Below are positions 1-13,066 of a stretch of 64,000 nucleotides of DNA, piece after piece. Origin of the DNA: Ophelia neglecta (lineage: Eukaryota); assembly GCA_965285935.1 (NCBI GenBank), contig OZ260665.1, positions 52,266,001 to 52,330,000 of the forward strand, given 5' to 3'. How positions within the stretch are numbered: the first letter of the stretch is position 1; each line of letters opens with the position of its first letter. The notes below the pieces were generated by a model. It did not search any database. It was not told the DNA's origin and was given only the letters and a program-made list of their open reading frames with translations. The position numbers and the translations under genes were made by a program.

Positions 1-2871
1 AATGGATATATAGGAAGTGCCTTGATGTTTGTCTATTGTCTTTTTTGGATGGTGGCAACCAATAAAGAATGATTAATGTTAGTTTCACATGCTACCTAAG
101 GTATTTGCCATTTGATCTTTGGCAGTCTGCTTAACCCTATTAGAGCCAGGCTTCCTGACTCAGTTCTTTCTAGCCAGGTGTAGGGTGTCCCTGTAATGGT
201 AAAATCCTGAACTGCTAGTGGCTAAAGTCATCTGTCAAAGGCTAAGTATACAAGTTAAACTTGGGATTTTGCAGCTTATTCTAGTGGGTGTCTAGAATCT
301 GTCATAGAATTGTGGCCGCTGTTGCAATCAAGTAATTGATGAAGCAACTCTCCTGTCTCTGGGGCATTTCCCACACTTTGCCTGAGTCCAGCCTTATTTG
401 GCACCATGGTGAATACAGCGTCTGAGGATGAAGGAATATCTACAAGGAAACAAGAGCATTAATATTTCAGGTAGCAGCAGAACCGTGCTTGCCTGGAGTC
501 TGCAGGTGTCCTTGGCTCCTTGAGTCTATACCCTCCTCCCAGACACTATAAACATTCCACCATCATTATCATGTGGACAGCTATGGCCTGTACAAGTATG
601 ATCATTGGGTCTTTGATTTGACTGCCTCATTAATGGCTTGTAAAGGAGCTTGTAATTACACCTTGATTTGCACTACTGTAAATTGTATTTGCTCATACAT
701 TATTGTATATTGTATTCGAGTTGTCACTTTTGCCATAATTTCTGGGAACAGGTCAATAAAGATTATGGTAGGCATGTAATCATATTGATTCCTTGTATTG
801 CAGGCTTATTTGAAAAGGAATAAAAAGATTATTATGATTGTTTGGAAATGGCCATTATCTTGTTGTCTCATGAGTTAAAGAGCAGGACAGTACATGATAT
901 GTGATGTTGAGCCACATTCTTTATGTCATGACACCAGCAAGATGTATAACAAGTACACAACTAAATTTAGATGAATGTTTGGGTGACAAGGAAGTCCTGT
1001 CTGTTAGTAATTGGAAAAGACTATTTGTTTCATGTTGTTCTTCTCACTGCACTATAATGATTGTGGAACCATTACGAGTTGTTTCCTTGTTCCGTTCAAA
1101 CATTACCATTCACCTTTTTATCAAACTATGATACCTTTAAGAGATGAGACTTAACACCTCTTCTCAATCAATCCTTTTTAGGACAAGGGTAAAGAATGAC
1201 CTGTTTGGAAAAAGGCTGTCCAGTATTTCATTTTGGGAAGGATGGTATTGTTTGAAGAGAACAGTAAAACTACATATTACTTTTCCTGAATCATTGCAGT
1301 GAAAGCGGGAGAACAATACTGATATATTAAGGGCATCATGAAAGAACATAAAACATAGTGATTATATCTCCAGATGTTTATTACTTTAAAAAATAAGTGG
1401 TTGCAGGACAATAGAACAGGGTGATACTTATAACATACAGATTCTGGCATTGACTTTGTCTTCAACTCTTACACCATTGTGTAGAAAGATAATATTTCTT
1501 ATTAAAAAAATACAGTTTTGGTTGTGCCATCACTTTAAGTCCCATCTTTATTCTCTAAGCTGTCTTTGTATGTTAATTTTCCAGTTGGATGTTTCAGTCA
1601 AAATATCAAATAACACTGCTTATGCAACAGAAAATCTTAAAGTTTTCCTAGAAGTTGTTTTTCGATAAAATAAATCTTGACAAAATAAACCTAGGATTCA
1701 TTTACCACTGTTTTCTGCTAGAAATGGTGTTCCCAGAGTGGTTTGTCAACTGTGAGCATCCGCCAGAAAGCGTTAAAAGGGTATTAGGTTTTCAGCATTT
1801 TCAGACTGTGGCATTTCTGATTTGAATAAAACCAAGCACAAGAGAAGGTATTTGTTCCCGGAAAAAAAATATACACAGTAACTGAGACCGAGGGGGCGGT
1901 TGACAACGTATTGTGGTTACAAATATGTAGGCAGATCTGTTGTGATATGTGTCTGGATGTAAGGTGTGCTAGTCACATCTTGGATTAGCAGCAGACGACC
2001 TTGGTTTATATGCTCTTATGACCTGTACACATTTTGATCATATAATGATGGTTTATAATCACCCAGTGGAAGACATAATTCAGGATTATTACCCTTTAGG
2101 GCAATATCATTACTTAAGATCCACTGACCCCAACTGCATCAATAGACTCCCATCCATCCTATTCTCTCTTTTATGACAATGCCACTAAGGGGAAATATAA
2201 TTTGTTGCTCTAAGGGGTGTCCCAACTACTAACCCAGTAGCTGACATTGGTGTGATCAATACCTTTTCTGCTGCTTGGCGCAGTCTCCCTTCAAACTTTA
2301 TAAAGTTATGCAGCAAGAAATGCAATGATTAAATTATCTGTAGATGGTTCATTGGGGAATGGAAGCTTTGGTAACTTAAGTGCTCAAGTATGGATTTGGT
2401 GAATTTTGTGTGGTTTTTAATATTTTTGCTAAGCAGAAACTCCAGGAGTAGTAGATATTTAAATGAATTTGCCATACAGTCAACAGAGTAAGGTAAAAAA
2501 AAACCATAAACCAATATAATTTTTTCAATCTTTAGTGCATACAAAGAATATAAAGAGGATGATAATTGATACTGAAAGAGGTACATGACATTTTCTGTAA
2601 TTAGGTAATTCAATCATTATTACTGATTCTTAGTCACAACTTCTTCCTTCCCCAGCTGAGAGTATTTTAGTTGGTTTTTCTTCTTGTTAATTCGTGAAGA
2701 TGGTAAATTTGATCTCGGCAAATGTTGATAACATTAGCACTCCATTTCAACTCAGTAACAAGATCAGTTGGTTGTGGGTGGAGATGAGTGGTGCCACTAT
2801 ACTTGATATCAATATTTTCAAGCAGTTTATATGATTTCATGCATAAATCAAACTGAGTTTTTATTTTGCAG

Positions 2872-2978
2872 GGACAGCTATGTACGTAAGATACAGCGCC
2901 ATGATGAGATGCGTCAGATAAGAGGAGCCGAAGATGGACCGCAGGAAGGGGAACTTGGAGAAGAAAAGCTTGACCAAG
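2872..2978 (+). CDS. lin-10: lin-10/APBA N-terminal exon (DSYVRKIQRHDEMRQIRGAEDGPQEGELGEEKLDQ)
   Basis: Acceptor ttttattttgcAG, donor AAG|GTtaac, 107 nt, purine-rich open frame. Ends in phase 1, matching the next exon. Assigned by phase and composition, not by recognised homology. Confidence 0.72.
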
Positions 2979-5900
2979 GTTAACTTTTTATACCCAACAT
3001 TGTTTTCTGGGTCAACCTTCTTAACATTTAATCAGTACTTTAATTAACTGATGTATCAACTTATCTGAGCTTGTCCCTTAATTCTCAATGTTATAATGGT
3101 TTAGTACATGTACATGGACATACAAGTTCTATAGCTTGTATCTCCTATTCCAGCACTTTTCAGAGATGCATTTAAGGCCCTGACCTTCTTTTAACCTAAC
3201 GATCAAGACCCTATGCCTTGTTTATTACTCCAGTTGTCTCAAGGTGAGGTTGTCACCTTGGGACATGATTTGCCCCTAAGTTTTATAGACTTATCAAATT
3301 ATCAGCCTTGCCATGAATTGATTTAACTTTTGGTTGCTACCTGATTGCACTAGGTTGCAGTAGCAATTTAAACAGTAAGACATTTTATATAACTCCCAAT
3401 ACCTTTTTTCAAGGGATATTGGAAAAAAAGAGAAAAAAAGGTTTTCTAAAATCAAAGTGCCAGTTAGTTCCAGTTTGTGTCAGATTTTTTATACCCATAT
3501 TTTTCAAAACACTAAATTTGATGGAACTTTTGTGTTTAACCCCCTACATGTTAACCTTGTGTTTGGAGTTTTACAGGCAGACGGGAATGTTTACTGTCAG
3601 TTATTTCCCCCATGGGGTGCATTCAATACAAATTACTTTGTTTTATATAGTACTCTTCTAGCAGGCTGCAGCAGGCAGTGAGTGGGTCGTATCATTTGTT
3701 GTGGCACAGAGGCGAAGGTTCCACAAAGTTGACACTATGATCTATGTCCAAAGTGTTTCAAAATAGGAAATGGAGGTGGAAAAGTTAATGTACGTGGGTT
3801 CAAAGACACAAAAGAAAGAAAAACCTAATATTTACAAAAAAAGCATTAATGGTGTCCTCACCTAATCCTTGCATCATATAAACAGTGGTGAAATTTCCAT
3901 TTGGACCAATGGACTTCTTTAATCCATCTTGAACCAAATGCATTTCTATACTATGTTTAACCATAACTCCAAAATTTGGGTAAAGTTGAGTGCATATAAT
4001 TCACCTGCTTTTGCTTAATATACTTTGAAGTACATCACAAGAACATTTTTGGCTTAAACTTTTTGCACTTGCAGATTTAAAGAGAGTTTCAGCTGTTTAT
4101 TCTCTTAGCCTCTATGCCTTGGAGTTTATCAATTTGTGGGTGCAGGGGACATGGTAAGAATTAGGTCAAGATTGGTTAGGATCAGTGTCCAAAACACAAA
4201 AAAGTGTTGTCATGGCACCTGTCCTCAAAATCTTTCATCATGCGATCACATCCGAAGGCCTTTAGGTACACACACCAATGCTTGTAACATTGTAAGTCCT
4301 TGTAAGTGATGTTTACTAGAAAAAGCAAAGTGGCTGACTCAGGCATTTGATTGTTACCTGATGCATTAATATATATATTAATATGTTAGTTAAACAAGGC
4401 AAGTTTTAATATTCTTATTGTATTAAAAACTTATTAGATGCAATGTGTAATTGTGACCTTTCATTTGACCTTTATCTTTTTATTTACAGCCATATGTAGA
4501 AAAACAGTGTATTTTTTATGCTGTGCAATTCAAAATTAGCATGTCAAATGTATTGACTGAAAGTAGGAGTTCAATTACATTCATTTCTGATGTAATTGAT
4601 GGTAAATATTAAGTATAGTATCATAAAGGGCAATTTTTTTAAGTTGTACTTAGCAGGAGGCTCAATATAACAGTTATACGGACTTTTGAATATAAGTGTA
4701 CATATATGCCTGCTCCATGTTCAATATTTCAATAAGTTTCACCCTAACAAACCTGCCTTGCCAATGTCAAAAAGTTGGTTCTTGTTTTGAACTCAGGATG
4801 CAGGATTAACTGTTTTTTTCTCGAGGAACTTCATGCCCTGATTGGCCCAGGGATGGAAACTAGAATTTACTGGTTTGCAAATGAGACTAGCTACAATCAT
4901 TGTCAACTAGTTCCTAAAAAAACAGTACTAGAAGACAAGCCTATCACATGGCCACTGATGGTGCCTTCGAATGGGCAGCCATGAATAATTCCAGTTGTGC
5001 TTGAAGTCACATAGTGATTAGATGGTGCTCATACAGCTCAGCTATTGTGTTTACATTGGGAGGCTTCTGTTAGTTTGTGAATGATCAGAGCAGATAATTA
5101 GTCTTAGATGTTAATGAAACAATTATGTACAATGCCCTCGGGGATAAAGCCACCTATTGTAACCATAAGCGGAGCAGCTAGATGGGCTCATGACCTTGAC
5201 CTTTAATCGCAGGAAATGTTTGTTTGTCAAGAACGGCAGTAAGTCCTCAGACCCTCCTGCTTGGTACAGCATTGTATACTGGCGCTGACATTTTCATGTA
5301 CTGCTTCTTAACTGCAAGATGCAAACAACAAATATAAAACAAATCCAGAGCAATGATCAACAGTGCATGCCTAGCAAGAGCATCCTTTCATTCAAGATAT
5401 CTATAATCATCTTTTATTGCCTAGACATTAATGTAAGTCACAAGGCTATGAGGCCTATCAATGATCACAGGTCATCTGGAAGATCGACACTTATAGGCCA
5501 AGTACACATGAACAAGTGCTTTTCAATCATTTTTGATCTGGTGCCAATGCTTCTGTAACATGTGACAAGTTGGATGGGTTGTCTCTTTAGCTTAGCTGAT
5601 ACAACATTGGACTTGCCTTTCAGCCGTGGTGCCTTACACCTCCTGTAGCTGATGGATACTTCTTTATCCCTTAACCAATAGATTCTGTGTCATTTTGTTT
5701 GTGATTTCGGCCTGTCCACTGTGCAAACTCTGTGATCAAATTTCTCATATATTAAGTTTTATTTCTTCTATGTAGTTTAGGATTTGAAAATATGCCAAAT
5801 ATGTGGCCCTTTGCCATGAGGCTGTCTGTGGGCTGGTTTGATAGGACAAGCCATATAAAACAAGTGATTATAGAGTCCCATCTATGTATAAGCAAAAGGC

Positions 5901-7161
5901 TCAGACTAATAAAAACCAGGCTTATGTAAATAGACTTGGGAAAAATGATCAGTAGGATTTCATATGCAGATTGCCTTCTTGATTTATCTAAGTAATGAGT
6001 GCCCATTTAACAAGCCTAAGAGTCGTCTGCTCTTCTAAAAAAGACCATATGAAAGAATGGACATACTGGTCCAAATAATGTTATGACCTATGTTATACAT
6101 ATAAAACATCTTACTGCTTGATGAAAATCAACTGCTTTTATAATTGGTCTGAAAGAACTGTCTGACTTGAACATTGTCACCAATTTTATGAACAAAGTTA
6201 TGTTTAAAAGATAGCGAAGTTCATGAAGGGAACTGGTATTACTGGGTGAGTAATGTGTTGGCCAGTAGCTTCTTCCCTCATTTGTTAAGACCACAATGAT
6301 ATTTGAAATAAAAATGTTATCTATATATTGGTTGTCGTAAAAGGTTGCCTTGTTCAGTGTGTACATGGCCTGTAGTGTTCCTTTGCTCTTATGCGGCTTG
6401 TGTGACATAATCTGTCTTAACATTGACCCTTTTGCCTGATTATAAATTGACTACCACTTTTATTCATATTAGAAATAATTCAAATCTGCAAACATGAAAT
6501 ACCATAATTTGGATGGCAAAGTTGGTGATTTTATTTAAAATGTACTGCTGCCATAGGCCTTTTGCAAAAGCTGGCCCTGTTTAACTTTTAAAGACCTTCA
6601 TTATCTTTGAACATACTTTTAGCCCATATAATCTGCTCCAATGTACAAGTCAGCCTCCCTAGCTGTTATAAATGTAGACCTATCATAAAAGCATTGAAGT
6701 TTTATTAAGCAGTAAGATATTTCATATACAAGCCAAGCAACTGCATGTACTCTTGCATAGGTGTCGGGCATATTTACTGACATACATATTCATTTGTACA
6801 TGTAGAACCCTTCTTTACAGGGGAAAAGATTGTTAAAAGTTGCTTTGATATAAATATCATGATGTGACCTACTGTCTGGCATTGAGCAGCTCAACTTCAG
6901 ACTGACATGTCTTAGAATTTTTTTGTGAGCGCTGCATACTTGACAAGAACCGGTCGATAATTAAAGTGGTTGCAGAGGTGCATTGCCAGAGAACGAGAGA
7001 CCTCTGATGTCTAATTAAATCACCACAGTAACGGATATTAATCATAAAATATGGACTGAGTGTCACCCATGTATGTTCATGTACATCACACCTGTAGCCT
7101 GTGATTCAGTAAAAACTCTTCATTTTCAACCTAATGTGTACACTGCGTGTGTTTACATGTA

Positions 7162-7339
7162 CAGTGAAACCTGGAAATTAGGGACAGGCAAGGGACTGTG
7201 TTAAAGTGCCCTGTTTTCTAAGGTGCCCCTAATTTCAAGGTTATTTTACATATAAAACAATATGTTGGGTCCTAATGTAGCTGTCCCTAATTATCAGGTG
7301 CCCCTAATTTCCAGGTGCCCTTTAGACCAGGTTTCACTG
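7162..7339. mobile_element. MITE, Tc1/mariner superfamily (pogo/Tigger-like ends), 178 bp
   Basis: 13-bp perfect TIRs CAGTGAAACCTGG / CCAGGTTTCACTG flanked by TA on both sides (7160-61, 7340-41). Internal repeated motif aggtgcccctaatttc and its inverse. No coding capacity. Confidence 0.88.
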
Positions 7340-7800
7340 TACACCATACACTTGTACATTTTATGTATATACAAGTATATCATGAAATTTGGTACCTTGT
7401 AAGCCATTGAGTAAAGTTAGTTTTGTCTATATAATATTATACTTTACCACAGGTCACATTTACCTTGTTCTTCATTACTTGATAGAGCTTGGTTCTATTG
7501 CAAGAATTTATTTTTCATAATTCTAGAATAATAAATTTGATAGGAAAGTTTCTATGTCAGCTGGTCATTAAATGGCAAGAGAATTAAGAGTCAGAGGGAT
7601 ATACATAGTTTGCATTTATGCTGTCTGAGTATCTTTTTTAAACATCCAGTATATTGTATGACTGTTGTTAATCATATTTTTTCACCTTAAAGGCTTCCTT
7701 GTAATTTACCTTTAAAACAAGTAGATACTTTAGGATAAGATGTGTAATGTACTGTGGTGTGGTTGTTCACTGAAGTCTGGCTGGACAATTTATATTACAC

Positions 7801-8556
7801 TGTCTGGCTGTTAATGGTCTAAATGCCTCAGCCTGTTTACTAGAGTCTCACTGGACACTACAGATTGCCCTGTCTGACTGTTGATGGTCTAACTGCCTCG
7901 ACCTGTTTACTAGAGTCTAAATGCCTCAGCCTGTTTACTAGAGTCTAAATGCCTCAGCCTGTTTACCATAGTCTCACTGGACACTACAGATTGCTCTGTC
8001 TGACTGTTGATGGTCTAAATGCCTAAGCCTGTTTACAAGAGTCTCACTGGACACTACAGATTGCTCTGTCTGACTGTTAATGGTCTAACTGCCTGGACCT
8101 GTTTACTAGAGTCTAAATGCCTCAGCCTGTTTACCATAGTCTCACTGGACACTACAGATTGCTCTGTCTGACTGTTGATGGTCTATATGCCTAAGCCTGT
8201 TTACAAGAGTCTCACTGGACACTACAGATTGCCCTGTCTGACTGTTAATGGTCTAACTGCCTCGGCCTGTTTACTAGAGTCTAAATGCCTCAGCCTGTTT
8301 ACTAGAGTCACACTGGACACTACAGATTGCCCTGTCTGACTGTTAATGGGCTAACTGCCTCGGCCTGTTTACTAGAGTCTAAATGCCTCAGCCTGTTTAC
8401 TAGAGTCTCACTGGACACTACAGATTGCTCTGTCTGACTGTTAATGGGCTAACTGCCTCAGCCTGTTTACTAGAGTCTAAATGCCTCGGCCTGTTTACAA
8501 GAGTCTCACTGGACACTACAGAATGCTTTGTCTGACTGTTTATGGTCTAACTGCCT
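7801..8556. repeat. Composite minisatellite: 70-bp unit with 0-2 extra copies of a 28-bp internal module (units of 70/98/126 bp), 8 units plus a partial one
   Basis: Unit starts tgtctg at 7801, 7871, 7997, 8067, 8165, 8235, 8333, 8431, 8529. Module gtctaaatgcctcagcctgtttactaga. Confidence 0.95.
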
Positions 8557-8639
8557 GAAGCATTTGAATGAGTGTAGCTTAGGGAGTGACAATCATGTAC
8601 ACTCATGTAAGCGGCTAAGCTTAAACTGATCCAGAAATC

Positions 8640-8742
8640 CTTAATTCTATATGATGTCAGGAAATCCCTAATTCTGTATGATGTTAGGTGTTCCTAATAC
8701 TATGTGACATCGGGTTGTCCTTAATTCAGTGTGATGTTAGGC
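8640..8742. repeat. Short degenerate tandem repeat, about 27 bp, about 4 copies
   Basis: Recurring (t)aattct.tatgatgt.agg..atccc motif. Confidence 0.55.
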
Positions 8743-9394
8743 AGTTTCTTGCAGCCATAGGGCTCAGTTTTGTGTGTCTATAGAACATTGTGTATAACAC
8801 AGAATTTGCACCTTGGTTCTCAGAGAAGATTAAGCTGGCGGCCAACATCATGTGCCAAGTTCGGCCCCAACTGAGCAGCTCGTAAATTGCATGAACCAAA
8901 GATTGGATTGTATTATTGAGTTGAGATGAGCCACAGTAAACCTGATTTTGCATCTAAGTGGCTCACTACTATTTGCCATGTTAATTAATTTCGATGTTAT
9001 CAGGCATTTCACCTTGAGAACTGACATCGGGTGTCAGATAATGCTGTTGGCCTCGCCAGCAATGTGTTGTTTCTATTCTTTGTCACATTCCATTTGTTTC
9101 AAAATTCAATTTATCTCTAGATTTGCAAATAGAGCACCTTATTGAGGAAAAGGGGAAGTTGTTGTGTAATACATTTGCCAAAGTGTAGAGTATTTAACGT
9201 TCTATGTGTTTTACTAGTTGGTATATTGACTACACAAACTTCAGAGAATACCATGTTCATACTACTTATTGACATACTGGTGGTTGTATGCTGTAAGTGC
9301 TTGCTGATTAAGTAGTATCAGCTGCCTAGCATGTTCACTTTAATTACGTCAGAAACAGCAGTCATGCCTATAATGCAATGATGTGTTTTGAGCA

Positions 9395-9760
9395 GTACAG
9401 AATCCTTCAGCAAGATTAATAACCCTGGACCTTAGAAGAGACCATAGCACATCACTGCTAGGCCTCTGATGCATTGGATTCTGTTTAAAATGTTAACTTT
9501 TATCAATAAATGCCTATGTGGTAGTGTTCCAGCATACTTGTCCAATCTTCAGAGGTTGTATACTGTCGCTAGTCAGACATGGTTGTCCTCTTTCTGTCTG
9601 CTCCATCAGCCTCCATCTCGTCTGGTAACCGCTGGAGATGGCACATTTGAAAACTGAGTCCCAGACAGGTTTATGGATTGAACTACCTGAGAGAACAAAC
9701 GTGTAAAGAGATTTACATGAAAAAATATACAACTGAAAAAGCACTTGTTTTGTCTGCTGT
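9395..9760 (+). mobile_element. Degenerate 3' end of an L2 (CR1-group) LINE ORF2
   Basis: Translation through stops and frameshifts gives VQNPSARLIT..RDH / ILFKMLTFINKCLCGSVPAYLSNL / RLVTAGDGTF / LWIELP / QLKKHLF, in the same order as the L2 C-terminal motifs VQNAAARL..DHIT, FK.L...KAL.G.AP.YL, GDRAF, LWN.LP, LKTHLF. Confidence 0.75.
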
Positions 9761-12700
9761 TTAAAGATTGAACAGTGTTTTTATTTTTAGCTTTGACAGC
9801 TTCCAAACCATTTTAATAAAATATTATGGTGAAAAATATATATAGATTATGAAGAATTTGAGATTATTTTTTAATGATATAATGTGTAATACAAAACTAA
9901 CTGTTAGACTGTTGTACTAGAGTCTCCATTTAATACTGTATAATGCTAGCAGTATTTGTGGACAATAGAAAAATTGTAGAAATAAAACAATGGATATTTT
10001 AATGAGTTTCATGTTTTATACACTAGACATGCACATGATACATACCAGCATGTATACAATAATACTTACCTGACAGAAACATGTAAACATTTACACATGT
10101 ATACATACACACCTTAATAAACAGTATATAGATTTACATGCAGTTTATACTATGTTGTCAAATTTATAATCACACATTGTCTGGGGGCCAGTAATAACAA
10201 TCAGCGCCCCAGGCGTCAGCGAGTCCAGCTTGTGTGCTGGTTGGTTATCTCTCCTACATTGATGTGATTATAGATGGGTCAAACTGCCAAATGTTCTTCC
10301 TAATTTTCTCCCAGCTGATGTCCATAACATATATCACATCTCATCAACATTAAGTACGTGTCACATCTCGTGTGTCACATCTCGCTCATTATGACTAATT
10401 GTCGATAATCAAATCTTGTCTATTATTGTACATTGTGAGGAACTCTCTCAGGCTAGTGTTAGGGGCTGAAAACACCTATGTTACACTGAATATGTGATTT
10501 ATGAATATTGTGCATTGATACAGTTGGAAGCTCATTATTGGACATTTGCGTGTGAAATGTGAAATGTAAGCCTGTCTGTTTTATATTCAGAGCATAATGT
10601 TAATTGATATGTTAAGCTTGGATTGTTACATATGACTATGGATTTTGTCAGCAATCATTGATTATTTGATTGTTGTTTTTTTTCTTGAGAGGGGGAATAT
10701 TTTTTGCTAGGACTAGATGGTTATATTGTAACAATTATAGCATCATTCCTTTCTCCAATGTATTCTTCATAGGATAAAAAGAAAGGTGTTTGATTGAGGA
10801 TGCTAGGCCTTCCAACTTGTCTTCAATCCCCATATTGTATTTGGGAATGAACTGTAAGGCCATTATGAGAGTTCCCTGCTAAATATAAGATAAAATAATC
10901 AAATGACAATAGATGACATTGGTTAATAAACACAAACTATCATTGTGGGCCTATATTGTAAAATGTATCTCTCATTGGTGTATTGAACATTTGAGATTTT
11001 TCTTGTTTTTGGGACGATCTGAGCTGGAGAGTAGTTGATAACTGAGGGATTTTAATTTGTGAGAAGTAGGTGGAGCCCTGTCATTGCTATTATAAACAGG
11101 TGCTACCACAAAACAGGGTACATGGGAACAAAAGTTCCAAGAACTCATTCAAATGTTATTAATGATCAGTTTCTCTCAAGCTTAAATTGTGTTCTAGTTA
11201 ATATATCCCACTTGATCCCATATTGATTACCGCCATCTTAGGTCTGGCATTGAGTCATTGATAGGCCCACCAGACAACATGTGATCAGTATTCTAATACA
11301 CTTGTTCGCATTGTATTTTTTCTATTGGAACCACCGAGTTCCATGAATGGTCTAAGCTTGAAGAATCTAAATGCTCCCAGACAGGTGTATTGGGTGATTA
11401 GTTGTTGTGTGTCTGGCGATTTTTAGGAGGCATTTTGCCAGTAACAGTAACAGTAGCTTGTCTCCTCCATGTGTGTCACATAACTCCCTGCTAAAGGGTG
11501 CTACTTGAGATTCTGTTGAACCAGATACAAAGAAAAAACAGTTTAAAGCATAAACAGGTATGTGCCATTATACAGCACAAACCAATAGCTGATTTAATTT
11601 GTTGAAAGATTGTCCTTAGTATCTCCATTGGCAAATCATCAATCACAAAATCTTAGTTTTAGCTGATGACGTCAGAAAGCAATAGTTGGTTAAAAAACTG
11701 CACATTAATCAATCATACTTCACAGCTGTTCAGTGTCACAAAATTGACAGTTATGACTGAATGACAGTCACTATCACAGAGACTAAATATGTCATCTGTG
11801 AAGAAGAAAAAATTACACAGTAGAGTGGTTTTGGTTTTCTTATAATCAGTAATTTGAGTTGACGGGAGAGAGTAAAATGAAGATATATTGGCTGATGACT
11901 GAGGCTGAGAGGGCGGTGGTGCCCAGGTGGCCCGTCATCAGACAGAGGTGGCACCGACTTGTAATAGGCTTGAGGGAGTTGGCTAAGTCAGAAATGTGAC
12001 AAACGAAGGGAGGGGGTGGACTCATTAGGTTTACAAGTCAGGCTTTTTGTATACCCAGAGGTAGCCAGCAGAATATGAAAAGGAAATACATGTCAACTTT
12101 AATCTGCTGTATAACACTGCAGTTATAGGTATTGGCTCTCCTAGAAACACTCTTGGTAATGGAGGCCAGGGAATAGCCAAAGTGCATAAATAAAATGTAC
12201 ATGTTTATATACATGTCTATGTGAAAAACAAATGAAATATTGCAGATACACCAGAAACGTTTGGAACAATCAAACATTTTGTTCACTGTTGATTATTTCT
12301 GAGACATACGTATGTCGGGGATATCATCCACATATTACTTGTGCCATTAAGAGAAAGTCCACAATTGTTTTCCTGATAATATTTTTTCCATAATTTTTCT
12401 AATATTAGATGAAAATGTGATCCAAACAATTTATACTTGATTAAATTTTAAAATGAAATAAATGGTTGATAGAACTTGATACATAATGTCCAAAAAACAT
12501 ATAACATTGTTTTGAAAATAATGATTTGGAATTACTGATAATTCAATGGTACATGTAGGATGGAATAAAGAATAATGGCAAGCTGCAGACAATGGCCATG
12601 CTTAGCTCATTGTATTGTAAAGGGATTATTATATCAAATGATCACATATTAATGTTCTCGTGTCATGGTCCCATGGCTTATCTAATCTGTAGGAGCTTTT

Positions 12701-12982
12701 CTTGCTAAATAGGTAACCTTGTCCAGTTTTGGGAACGAAAAAAACCAACAAAAGCTCATGTCATCAGAAATCTATCCTTTGTGTGATTATATCGCAAGTA
12801 TGTTTAAAAGATTAGCCCTGATTCAAGGCTCTGCTACATATAGGCTGGCAGCATTTGCTAGGCTGAACAGGGGAACATACCATAATTAAAGCTCTGCTTG
12901 TTATTGTAATCTGACCATGTGTGTCAACCATTGATTTCCAATATCAGCCAATTTACGATGTATCGCCTCTCCCTTATTCCAG

Positions 12983-13066
12983 TGCATAGTGTGGAAGAAG
13001 AGGAGGAAGACCTATTGAAGTACCAGTACTCTCGACACGAAGGCAAGAGCTACCCACAAACCCGAG
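12983..13066 (+). CDS. lin-10: lin-10/APBA N-terminal exon ((V)HSVEEEEEDLLKYQYSRHEGKSYPQTR)
   Basis: Acceptor ctctcccttattccAG, donor GAG|GTGAGT, 84 nt, symmetric phase 1-1. Confidence 0.8.
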
